Source: Hemiscyllium ocellatum (taxonomy: Eukaryota). Taken from it: 64,000 nucleotides of DNA. This document shows, one piece after another, positions 51,985-64,000 of this stretch (positions are counted from its first letter, which is position 1; every line of letters starts with the position of its first letter). Position numbers and translations under genes: made by a program. A model generated the notes under the pieces. It was not told where the DNA came from. It saw nothing but the letters and a program-made list of their open reading frames with translations, and did not search any database. Location: contig NC_083434.1 in NCBI RefSeq assembly GCF_020745735.1, forward strand, positions 26,967,966 to 27,031,965, given 5' to 3'.

Positions 51985-52077
51985 TGAGGACTGCAGATGT
52001 TGAAGAATTAGAGAGGAAAAGTGTGGTGCTGGAAATGCACAGCTGTTTGATGTTTCGGGTATAAGCCCTTCATCAGG
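51985..52077 (-). mobile_element. Penelope-like terminal fragment with internal deletion
   Basis: TGAGGACTGCAGATG...GTGGTGCTGGAAATGCACAGC...TTTCGGGTATAAGCCCTTCATCAGG. Confidence 0.65.
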
Positions 52078-53417
52078 GAACTAGCTGAGTAAGAGTTCTC
52101 GGCAGTCAGCTCAACTCGGCTAAGGATGGTCTCTGGTGTATTTTGATATTTCCTCTCTTTGTGAGGAAAGACTTCTTCAACCGTCTCCCTGTATCACCTC
52201 TGCACAGGATTATTTGGAGACTGCTCTTGTGACATTGTGGCAGTGTCCTTACCCCTTAGCTAGGAGGACTAGGTACAAGTCCTATCTGCTTCAGCGCTGT
52301 GTAATAACATCTCTGAACAGGTTGAGTAGAAAATATGTAGAGTTAAATGGATGAAGCCAAATCAGTGAAGAGGCTCTGTACTCTAGAAATTATCTGTTAT
52401 GTTATTCCAAACATCAGTGACAAAACTGCAAGCTTGAACCAGACTAAGTCCCTAACAACAGCGAACACAATAATAATAATAATAGGATGTTCGAATCATC
52501 AGAGCAGAAGAAATACAGGTGCATTGGCTCGTTCAACCAATAATGTTTTTTGGCTTGTTCCAAGTGGTCATGTAGGAAACATCTGTGACTTCAGAAAACA
52601 ATCAAAACAAAGACAAAATGTGTGAAGACCAAGAGGGAGAGAAATTACTAGTCTGCTGGACAATAAAGCTTTTGGTGGGCCATCTTGATTTTTGGGAAGC
52701 ATCACAGTAAATACTCTCCAAATTATTTGAATCTTTTTGAAATTTCCATGCTGCAATTCACACCTCTGAGAACATTTGCCCTATATTCAATTACCACTGA
52801 TTTTGGCTCTTGTGTAATGAAACCTTTTCCCCTTGATCCCGAAACTTATCACAGGTCTTCTCTTCTACTTTTCCTCCCGGGTGACATGGTGGTTTAGTGG
52901 TTAGCACTGCTCGCTCACAGCACTAGGGACCCATGTTTGATTCCACCCTAGGGCAACTGTGTGGAGGGCTAATCAGCATTCAGAAAATCTAACTCTTCCT
53001 TTCACAATTGCAGAAATAAGTTAGTTCACTTGAGGGCCTATAATGTGTACTTCAGAGTACAGCTCATTTGTACAGAAGAAGCTCTCATGATCTCTGTCTT
53101 AATGACGACTGAGGAATATTGGCCAGACCTGTTTCCACTGCTTCTCTTTAAAATAATGGCTCAATTCAGTACTTTCTACTCCATTGCCTGGAAATTCAGG
53201 GCATATAAGAACACTATCACCTCCAAATTGTAGACCTCTAAGCTACAAACTATTTCATTTATGGTCAATTATCCATTGTTGTTAGATCCAAATTTTGAAA
53301 CCTCCCTTCTGACAACCGTAGCGGAAGCATTACTGCCACACAACACTGCAGGGAGAAGATCCATTGCTACTTTTTCAAAGACAATTAAGGATATACAATA
53401 AGCAGTGGCCCTATCGC

Positions 53418-53730
53418 AGAATCTCTACAGCTGGAAGCAGGCTATTCAGCCCATCAAGTGCACACCGATCATCCGAAGAGCATCCAACCCAGACCCTTCC
53501 CCTACCCGATCCTTGAAACCCGGCATTTCCCATGGCTAACCCACCTACCCTGCACACTTTGTGCAGTTTAGTATGGCTAATTCACCTAATCGTCTTATCT
53601 TTGTGGGAGGAAACCAGAGTACCTGGAGGAAGCCCATGCAGACACTGGGAGAATGTGCAAACTCCACACAGACAGTCGCCTGAGGCTGAATTTGAACCCG
53701 GATTCCTGGTGCTGTGAGGCACCGTGCCAC
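53418..53730 (-). mobile_element. Older V-SINE variant
   Basis: Diverged reverse-complement copy. Confidence 0.72.
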
Positions 53731-56155
53731 TTCCTATCCATGATGCCCACATTCTAGAAAATGTATTAAGTGGTCATGAGTATTGTAAATCTGAAAACAA
53801 AACATACTGCAGATTTAACCTGCAGCTATTCTTTACAGCTAGTATTTCATCCATTTAGAGATTTCTTTGCCTGGGAAATAACCTCAAAGTGCAGAGGGGC
53901 AGAGGTATTTCTGTGCTCATACAGAACAAAGTTCAACCTGAGAACAGCAACGAAGAAGAAAGAACCAATACACGTCCATTAATCACACAGAGATGGATAT
54001 CATTGATTCAGTTCTTTTAGCAAAGGCCCTCAAACAAAAACATATCTGTGTGGATTTTTTTATAGCCTTTGCAAACATGCTCTGAGATAGAATAAGATTT
54101 TCCTACAAAACTTGGCACAGTCTTTTCAGGATGTGTGCAGTCAGTCAGATATTTTTATGCAGACTGAGGGAAAGTACATGGAACACAAAGAGCTCTTTTC
54201 ATTTCTTTATTTCTTTTCAGTCAGGATGACTTGTAGCGCACGTAATCTGTGCTTAAATGCTGTTCTGAAGAGTGCAATCAGGTGTGTTGCCTTTTGAATG
54301 AAATATCAAACTGAGACCACATTTGATCTCTGAAAGGTGATTGATAAAGATTCCAGGTCACTATTCTTGTGGTGCAAGGCACCACTGATGCTGGAGTTCT
54401 GAAATAGAGGCAAATAAAGCTGGAAAAATCACGCACATCTGTGTAGTGAAAGCAATGTTAATGCTTTAAGTCGATGCCTTTCCTCAGAGCTAAAGGGAAA
54501 TGAAAGTGTAAGAGTTTTTGAGCAAGAGAATGGGCAAAGGGATATGGAATCCATATGGCCTAATAAGCCTAGACAAATCCCTCTGAAGAGTATCCCACCC
54601 AATTCCTGCATTTCCCTAGCCTGCACATAATGGACAATTTAGCATGGCCAATCCAGGTGTAGGGCATCAGAAAATTCATGGCCAGTGGTCAGACAGACTT
54701 GGACAAGAGGAGATAAAAATTAAGTTGAGATAGAAAGAAATAGCTCCTGAGAGGCAGCAACAGGCTGAAACAGTTGAGTGAGCAGAGAAATATTGTTTCT
54801 GGATCTCCAGAAGTAGGTAAAAATAATGTATTTGGGGTTGGAGAACCATGGGTTTGAAGACAGTAAAGGGAAGATTTCCAAAAAGTATAAAGTTCGTAAT
54901 AGAACGGACACAATGGTTTGATGTTCAGTTTAACTTGCTTGCAAATTGGCTGCTGTCTCTCTTACATTACACCAGTAACTACAGTTCAAAAAATGTAAAA
55001 TACTTTAGGATTTCCTGAAATTGCCAAAAAAGGAGAAAGAAGGAAATCTTAGAGATCCTGAATATGCGGCCCTTCCTAAGAGTGGGAAATGAAGCATTAT
55101 TTCTTTCTTTAGAGAAAACTTAATTACTAACTGAATTGACCAACATTATTTTGTAAAAGACATTATCTATAATAGCTTTTACTCTTTGAGCCCAGAGGTC
55201 TGTTAGACAGTTTGCAAATTTGCATTGAAGTAAATAAATTCAGTGTTGATTCATAAAATGAAGCAAGTGGTTAGTTCTTAAGGATCCAAAACCAGATTGG
55301 TAGGGAATTAAATTACCCACTAGCACACTGCACCATTTCTGCTATGTTCAACTATTTTCAAGAAGTAGAGCTAAAGGGAACAAAAGGTATGGAGAGAAAG
55401 TGGGAACAGCGTGTTGAGTTGGATGATCACAAGATCATGTAGAATGGTGGAGCAGGTTCAAAGGGCCGAATAGCCTACTCTTATTTTCTATGTTTCTATC
55501 TTAACCTTCTATCCTGAGCAGCTAGCAAGGATGTCTGCCTCAAGACAATGAGATCCTTCTTATAATGTTCAGGTCAGAGTTTGGTGTGGTCATTAGGACC
55601 AGACCATAATTTTAACTCTTAGTCTGAGTGAGGAGACCATGGTGACCTCCTGCCCAGTGAAGATAATGGAGTTGATGCAAGAACTAAATTTAAAGCCATT
55701 TTCAGGTGAAGGAGGAGGATTATGATCCACTCCTGGTAACCCTTTCCTGTAACTAGCTTGAATGGCTGGGGTATCATTCTGCCTGCTAAACTTCCTCTTG
55801 CACAACTAACTACTGACACGCACATGATGTCCAGGCTTCACATTCATATGTTGAGAGATGGATTTTTAATTGCATTTGTCCCTCCTCTCTCCCTTGTTCT
55901 CCATTAACATCAGTGCTGCGATACACTGGGACCAATGAAGGATGGCTAAGAATTTCAGTGTTGGCATCATCACCTGTGTCCTGAGAACAACACTAAAAAT
56001 CAATCCACTCATCGTATTTCAGAAAAATAAAACTTGACACCTTCAGTTATCATATTCTAAAACCTCATAATAAATAGATATAACTATAAAAATATGACCC
56101 AAAATGTAATGAAAATAACATTTGATTTTTCAGCTTTTGAGAGATTAATGGGTAA

Positions 56156-56469
56156 TTAGATTAGATTAGACTTAGTGTGGAAACAGGCCCTTCGGCCCAA
56201 CAAGTCCACACCGACCCGCCAAAGCGCAACCCACCCATACCCCTACATTTACCCCTTACCTAACACTACGGGCAATTTAGCTTGGCCAATTCACCTGAAT
56301 TGGCACATCTTTGGACTGTGGGAGGAAACCGGAGCACCCGGAGGAAACCCACGCAGACACAGGGAGAACGTGCAAACTCCACACAGTCAGTCGCCTGAGT
56401 CGGGAATTGAACCCGGGTCTACAGGCACTGTGAGGCAGCAGTGCTAACCACTGTGCCACCGTGCCGCCC
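56156..56469 (-). mobile_element. HE1-like V-SINE (same subfamily as the 3308 copy)
   Basis: Shares the diagnostic GCCTGTAGACCCGGG head variant with 3308-3620. Confidence 0.88.
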
Positions 56470-57769
56470 TGGGCTGGTGGGTATTAATATATGGTAAGTT
56501 GATATCATGATTCCATCAATCTGCTTTATGGCTTCCTTAACAACTACAGATCATGAGCCCGGATCATTGTGAGAAATACCCTGTGTATCAAAGTAGAGTA
56601 GAACTTGGTTGCAAGTATGCAGCAAGTTCTGCAGTGACTTTTATTTGGTTTCTGTGTATTGTCATCACAGTTCTTACCTTTAGTAGAAGCAGTGAATAAA
56701 CAATCAGCTTTTCTGTTTTCAAATGCTTTGTCTTAGACATTAGTTATATTAGTCAACTTTCCTTGCTCTGAAATTTGCCATTAGCCTAACTCACTTATGT
56801 AGATGCTGGCATTTTGTTGGAAGCTATCTTTTCCCATTGCTCTCTTCCACTCTTGGAGCTGCTCCACTATTGCAGTTTGATTGAAATGTTGGCACATCAG
56901 CAAACCAGGTACAAAATACTCTCCCAGTTCCTGTTCCCTTTCACAATAACCAATGTGAATCTGATTTTTGGCCCCCATTATATTTTGCATTTACAGTGCA
57001 TTGCGCCCCAGGTTCTGACACGCTGAGTTATTTAGAAGCAGGTAGAGCATGAATTCCAAAAGAAAATTGACAATATATGTCAATTATAACAGAAGTTGAT
57101 AGCTTGAGGGAGATAGGCACACTTGGTTAAATGGCCTCTTTCTGTAGATGATTCAGTGTACTTTGAGTGACTGTGACTAAGCTAACAAAACATAAGACCA
57201 TAAAACATATCTTCTCTGTACACCTAGTGGCTTATACTGCCCCGTTTCCATGATTCAATGACACTTCCACCAATTACATTACCCAGGAAACACTTGCTTG
57301 ATTTTATGCAGATGGTTTGACCACCACATCTTCAGCTAATCTTCTTATGTGTATCTTCTCCAGCAAATACCAAACTGGCTCCCCAGTTTCAGACTAGTTG
57401 ATGGGAGACTATAGTTAGTCTTTCACAACAGGATTAAAGGCAATTGATAACTCTCTGCCTGGAAATGCAGGGGATAATTCTATCTTTTACCACTTGGTGG
57501 AAATCAACTGCCCACTTTACACTTCACACCATTTGAAGTCAATGGAAAATAGATCCACTGACGTGCCAAATATGCTTTTAAAATACTCATCACCTCTTCT
57601 CTGTGGTTGATAATGACAATGACTACATAATCAGGGCTGCTGTGGCACAGTGGTAGAATCCCAACCTCTGGACCAGGAGGCCAATGTTAAAGTGCCACCT
57701 GCTCCAGGAGTGTGAGATAATATCTCTGACAGGGTTGATTTGGAAAATATCTACAATTAATCCACATTT

Positions 57770-58430
57770 AAGGTGTGTGTTCACAGTGCAATGAAAGTGG
57801 CAACACATGTGGATAAGGTGGTCAAGAAGGCCTAAGGCATAATTTGTCTGGGCAGAAAGGACAAATATTGCCAAGTTATCTTGCAGCTGCATAGAACTTC
57901 ATTTAGGCCACATTTGGACTGTTGGGTACAGTTCTAGTCACCACACTACCTGAGGATGTGGAGGCTTTGGAGAGAGCGCTGAAACAGGATATTGCCTGGC
58001 TTGAAGGATATCTGCTATGAGGAGATATTGGACAAATTTGGTTTGTTTTCATTTGAATGTCAAAGGCCGAGAGGCGACCTGATAGAAGTTTGCAAAATTG
58101 CATGGATAGAATGGATAATCGAGTTTTTTCCCAGAGTAGGTATGCCAATAACTAGGGGACATAGGTTTATGGTTAATGTAGGTAATTTTATAGGAGGTGT
58201 TAGAGGCAGATTTTTTAAACAGAGGGCGGTAAGTACATGGAATGCACTGCCAGAAGACATGGTGGAGGCAGATACAATAGTAATATTTAAGAGGGAAGTT
58301 GACAGATAGCTGAATAGACAGGGAATAGAGGGAGACAGACTGTGCAGAGGCAAAAGGTTTTAGTTTACAATGGTGTCGTGTGTCAGCACTGTCTTGATGT
58401 GTTTCTGTTCTATACTGTTCTTTGTTCATT
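57770..58430 (+). mobile_element. CR1 LINE 3' fragment
   Basis: 'MPGLKDICYEEILDKFGLFSFECQRPRGDLIEV...WNALPEDMVEADTI'. Confidence 0.82.
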
Positions 58431-58707
58431 GTTCTTAATTTGGGACAAGCCTACTCTTTGAAGAGGATAGTTATTAATTGTATCTCCGTGTTAAAGGCGG
58501 ATGTACAGTGCTAAATCTTAATGGTTCCAGATCACCATGTGTGGGACACAAAACAGCAGCCATCACAAATGGTCATAACAGTTGAATATGAATACTCCAA
58601 AAGAAGGCTTATGATAAAGTAAATAAGATCACACAGACTGGAGTCTAAAATTGACTGCATTTAAACTCAGTTTAACTTCCTCTAATTGTGTAGTCTGTTT
58701 ATTGCAG

Positions 58708-58801
58708 GAAGGAAGTGCGTGAGCTTGGACTGACGATATTAGTGGATGCTCGCAGATGCTCTCCCACTCTTACCCTCTTCAGAGCGTTTACTGCACTGCA
58801 G
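58708..58801 (+). CDS. PLEKHG4B: PLEKHG4B-like exon, SEC14-like region (KEVRELGLTILVDARRCSPTLTLFRAFTALQ)
   Basis: TTTATTGCAG acceptor and CAG|GTGAGA donor; 94 nt, phase 2/0, in frame with the previous exon. Contains the 'GL..LVDARR' motif. Confidence 0.88.
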
Positions 58802-59040
58802 GTGAGACATCAGTAAAAATCTGAATGTGCAAATTACCATTCATTCCTTACTTACAGCTTTTAAGTTGTAACTGATCCCTCTCTGTTGAATTGCCAGTGC
58901 TATCTGGTTTTTCCAGCTGAATTTCCTTTGATTTTTATTTTTAAATAATTCTGTTTACACAATAACCTATTCGCCAGCAAGTTACAATCATTTCCAATTT
59001 CTCACCTCCTCTTTGATGGAATTAATTATGTGAAACTTGG

Positions 59041-59355
59041 AGAATCTCTACAGTTCGGCCCAATAAGTCCACGCAAACCTCTGAAAAATGGCCCACCCAG
59101 ACCCATTCTCCTATATTTACCCCTGATGCACCTACCCTACACATCTCTGAACACTCTGGGTAATTTAACACAGCCAATTCACCCAACTTGCATATCTTTG
59201 GATTGTGGGAGGACACTGGAGCACCCAGAGGAAATCCACACAGATACTGGGAGAATGTACAAATTCCACACAGACAGTTGCCCGAGGTTGGAACCAAACC
59301 CAGGTCCCTGACGCTGTGAGGCAGCAGTGCTAACCACTCAGCCACTGTGCCACCC
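59041..59355 (-). mobile_element. Older V-SINE variant
   Basis: Diverged reverse-complement copy. Confidence 0.75.
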
Positions 59356-60371
59356 AGAAAAATTAATTCAGTAAAAGTTCACCTGGTTTGACTTTGACCA
59401 TCTTGCTCGTCAGCGAATTCAATAATAATAGAATTGTTGACTAATCATGGTGATAAATCTGTACAAATTAATTAAAAACAGGCCAAGATAGGAGGTGAGA
59501 CAAATTCCAGTGGTGGGAAGCATTTGGGCACCATTTGACTCAAAGTAACCTGTTGCCCCGAAGCAGATAACATGTAACATCTCTCAAGTTATTCATTACT
59601 GAATCACAAAATATTGATTTCTTACAGAAATCCCGATAATGAATCAACGCTATCTGCTTTCATCACATGCCAAGGAGTCTATTGATAGATCACTTACTCA
59701 CTAAATGTTTCTGCAGACTAGTTTTTGTCAAGTGAAGGCTGTCTCTCTGGTTCTTCTCTTTTGGACAATGTGAAACAATTCATGACTATTTAGTCCTATA
59801 GATTGTTTGTTTGTTTTTTTAAAATTCTTTAATGGGATGTGGATGTTGCTGTCAATGCTAGCATTTTCTGCACATCTCAATCTCAGAGCTATACTGAGTG
59901 GTTAACTCTTTCAGAGGATAGTTTAGAGTCAACCATATTGCTGTCGATATGGATTCACGTGTAGACCAAACCACATAAAAATGGAAGATTTCTTTAAACA
60001 TATTAATGAATGCAATGGGTTCTCAAAATAGTTGATGATTGTTATCATGGTTACCATCACTGTGACTACCTTTTAATTCTAGATTTACAATTGAATTTCC
60101 AACAGTTGCTGGGGTCAGATTTGAACTTGCATTAACTGAGGCCTTTGTGTTACTAGTGGCACCACCATCAACCAATACCATTGGGTTATTGGCCAATTGA
60201 GGATGGACACGTAGAATCATCCTGAAACCTGTCGGACTGTCTTTCCACATTCTAGAGCGCAATAGTTAATGTCACTGGGCTACTAAACCATGGGCTTGGA
60301 TTAGTAATCAAGAGAAAAATTATTCTGGTATAATGACAGCAGAAATGGATGACACCAATATGTTCATGATA

Positions 60372-60582
60372 TGGAGCAGCCAGTGTTGGACTGGGATGGA
60401 CAAGTTAAAAATCACACAACACTAGGCAATAGTCATACAGGTTTATTTGGAAGCACCAGCTTTAGGATCGCCGCTCCTCATTGGAGCAGTTGTGGAGCAG
60501 GGCCATAAGAGCACTGCTCTGAGAGCCAGAACTTCCAAATAAACGTGTTGGAATAAAACCTGGTGTTGTGTGATGTTTAACT
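60372..60582. mobile_element. Second-family fold-back copy
   Basis: AAGTTAAAAATCACACAACAC...GGTTTATTTGGAAG is inverted relative to CTTCCAAATAAAC...GTGTTGTGTGATGTTTAACTT. Confidence 0.6.
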
Positions 60583-63500
60583 TGGTCGAGTATGTTAAAA
60601 ATAAGAACACATATCGAAAACAGTTCCTTGCACATCTCAATCAAAATACCTGAAAGTACTGCTCTTCTCATTGTGAACTTGGGTTTTCCACATGGCTGCT
60701 TTTCAAATGTGCATCTACATAATATCGAGTAACTTTACAGCAAAACAACCAATCAAGGCTGTCAGTAATTATTTTTAGTACTTGGTGTTTGAATCTGGTT
60801 GTACAAAGGAAAGAGGAGAGAGGCCAAGGTTGTTACCAAAATTAATTTCTGTAACTCTGTTCGTAATGTCTGGTTTTATTATCCCTCTTGTTCATTTATT
60901 GCTGTTTTACTTTTTACGCCCAAGCTCACATTTGTTTATCTTGTGGTGTGTTCTTCTGCAGCTGACCCATTATTGCTCTTGACCTCATTTTTGTCTTGAC
61001 TAATTTTTCTCCAGATTAATTTGTTTGTGCATCGGAAACTGGGGCCTGGGGCTGCCTCTGATGGCAGAGTGAGTAAACGTGTGTCGCACTTGAAAGGTTC
61101 CAGCTTTGTTTCCTGTGCCTGGGATTTTTAAATGAATTTGATTATCCATATTGAACAGCGATGGGCCACAATTTAGCGCCACAATATTGACTTTTGGCCA
61201 TTTTGAATTAGGGTGGCTGGGGATGGAATTGGCTGGCCACTATTTGAGGGCAATTAAGTTTAATTACTGACTTAGGGCCTCATTCCCTCACTGATTGGAG
61301 TTGCATTCACATAGGGACGGCAATGGCTGAATGTGTATTCATTCTGGGGAACCAAGTTCAAATCCCACCACGGCAGATGGTTGAATTTGAATTTAATACA
61401 TATCTGGAATTAAGAGTCTATGATGAGCAGGAACCCATTGTTGATTGTTGGAAAAATGCATCGGGTTCATTAATGTCTTTTAGGGAAGGAAACTGCTGTC
61501 CTTCCCTGGTCTGGTCTACATGTGACTCCAGATCCACAGCAATGTGGTTGAGCCTTAACAGCCCTCTGGGTAATTAGGGATGGGCAATAAATGCTGACCT
61601 AACCAGTGATGCCCTCATCCCGTGAATAAATTCTTAAAAAAACCATAAACTATGGTGCTAGGCTCAAGGCAACGGGAGTGTCTAATGGATTCCCTCACTA
61701 CTGTAGTCACTTGCCATGAACTGGAGAGGTTGCCATTCCAGAATTGTAGCCTGTCAACTGTGGGTGTTTTGAAAAGTAAAGGTAGACTTGCCTCAGCTTG
61801 TTCCTCACCATTGCCATTTTTGTATCAACAGTTCCATCATTGTGATCAATAGTGTTGCCAATCACTGTATGATAGAGGGCCTCCCATTATTCTTCATTTG
61901 TTGGGAGTCCACTTGCTGCCCTTGAGGAACTGAAAGTGCCCATGCACATGTTTTTTGTGAACCATGTGGGGAATTGGCTTCCATTTCTGTTCCCAGCCCC
62001 ACAGTTAGCAGGTCCAGCTGCTAGCCTGTGCCAGCTCCCCCCATGTCAAATAAGGACAGTATGGGAGGGATGGTGATGGGTGGGCAGCAGGAAGGCTGAT
62101 GCCACCGGTGTTAGTTCACCTAGCCTGACCACACCTCGGTGACCACAACTGGGAAATGTGGGGGTGATTATGGCAGTTGGAGGGAAATTAGGAATCCGGA
62201 TTGTAGACATTGCTTAACTTTACATTTCATGGGTTTCACTATCCAAGGAGCATCTCCTTACCCCAGTAACCCATCCTGCTTTGTGCTGGCCTCAGGGATT
62301 GGGGGCTCAACAGTGTAATACTCATCACTGTGAGGATTATGTGTGTTGGCTGGATATTGGAGAAAAACTCATGGATTGGAAACAAAGAATGCACAAATGC
62401 ATATGCATCCCCACCCAGTCTGCCCCCTAATATGTAGATCCACAGAAATGTTATGGCACAGTAAGAGGTCACTCAGCCAGTTGTGCCTCACTGCTTCTAT
62501 TCCTTAGAGCCAGTTTCATATCTTTCCCACCACACCCTGCGCTCCAAATAATCAAATGCCCTCTTGAATGCCGCAATTGAATATGGAATGTTGATCCAAA
62601 CTACTGATCCAACTAAATATTCAAAACAGACTGAATGCACACTGGAAATCCAGCAACCAGTAAACACTTCACCTCACAATGAGGCTCACACATTGCATCA
62701 GGCAATTCCACAGATTGCTGTAATCAGGAGCTGTAAACAGTGACAGAGAAGGCTCCAGTTTTCTATCACGTGGCTAACAAGAAATTTCTCCCATTCTTTC
62801 TGACTGACCACTGTCACATTTTGGAAGATTTGCTTGTGGATACTCATAGAGCCATATAGCACAAAGACAGACCCATCGGTCCAACCAGTCCATGTCAAAC
62901 ACAATCCCAAACTAAACTAGGCCCACCTGCCTGCTCTTGGCTCACATCCCTCAACATCTTTCCTACTGATTCCCATCTCTTTTAATGTTGTGACCATATC
63001 TGCGTCCACCAGTTCCTCAGGAGGTTCATTTCGCATGCGAACCATCTTTTCTAAGTCACTCTCTTCTCTCAACTTGACCCCTACTCGACCTGTTTGGCTG
63101 CATTGCCACTGTACTGTCAAGTTCTAAAATGGAACTTGAACCCAGGGCTGCTACTGAGAGGTAAGGACATTATCCAACATCTTTAGATGTATAATTATGA
63201 GGAAAGGACAGCATTGAAATTGAAATCATTTTGAGTTAGGTTTCAGATTATCTCTATGTATTATATAAAGGTGCAATAACCCAATATTTGCTGTGGTATA
63301 GTGGAGAACTCAATGTATTCCATTGTTATTCCCTTGAAATTCTCCATACCTTCGGGAGCTCACGTAGACACGGAATGATGTGGAAATCCCAGATATTTTT
63401 GCCAGTGTTTTCACATTGCGTCATCAGGTTCACTGTTGAAATTCCTGTGTTCTGCATTTCTCCATTGAATCATGACGTGAAGAAAACTTCCACTTCTACA

Positions 63501-63727
63501 CTGCTAATCTTACTGTAAAAAACATTTAAAATAAACGTTACACATTATTGAATGAGTTGAAACTATGGATGGAATTTTGTGGAGCTGACAGGTTTCCCCA
63601 CCTCCTCCCCCATAAAGATAAACGTTTGATAAGGACACTACCCATGGGAAAAGAAACTATACTGGCATCATTTGATGGCCAGTTGGCCATTATTGGCGAG
63701 AGAAAGGATCTCTGTCTCTCAGGGACA

Positions 63728-64000
63728 GGCAATAAGCAATAGGTGCAGGAGTAGGCCATTCTGCCCTTCGAGCCTGCACCACCATTCACTTTGATCATGG
63801 CTGATCATCCTCAGTCAGTATCCTGTTCCTGCCTTATCTCCATAACCCTTGATTCCACTATCCTTGAGAGCTCTATCCAACTCTTAAACAAATCCAGAGA
63901 CTGGGCCTCCACTGCCTTCTGGGGCAGAGCATTCCACATACCCACCACTCTCTGTGTGAAGATGTTTCTCCTTATCTCTGTCCTAAATGGCCTACCCCTT
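63728..64000 (-). mobile_element. CR1 LINE 3' end (runs off the window)
   Basis: Minus-strand ORF 'MIKVNGGAGSKGRMAYSC' reflects the CR1 3' UTR. Upstream it reads 'RVVGMWNALPQKAVEA'. Confidence 0.8.

Noticed and set aside
59610-59700. Acceptor-like TTTCTTACAG as the next PLEKHG4B exon
   Set aside because: The required phase-0 reading gives AAA TCC CGA TAA, an immediate stop.
1-64000. CRISPR arrays, operons or other prokaryotic systems
   Set aside because: The DNA is eukaryotic exon-intron sequence, and no regularly spaced repeat-spacer array was seen.

Overview
Vertebrate genomic DNA, most likely from a shark: it carries HE1-type V-SINEs and abundant CR1/HER1-like LINEs. The window is mostly intronic and repeat-dense. 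One protein-coding gene is visible on the + strand as five phase-compatible exons (12395-12592, 36357-37695, 46805-47020, 50843-50966, 58708-58801). They encode the N-terminal domain, a long low-complexity linker and the start of the SEC14-like region of a PLEKHG4B/ARHGEF40-family RhoGEF, best matching PLEKHG4B. The start-codon exon and the DH-PH exons were not found. Nearly all other ORFs in the track are repeat-derived or chance. The most notable non-coding signal is a set of short Penelope-like terminal fragments carrying minimal hammerhead-ribozyme motifs. Five of them are fold-back (inverted) insertions bounded by 10-17 bp target-site duplications. Most copies have their 5' end or inversion junction at the ribozyme core. 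A second hammerhead family with a different palindrome can be reconstructed from broken copies. Family names come from recalled sequence patterns, not from database searches, and repeat boundaries are approximate.
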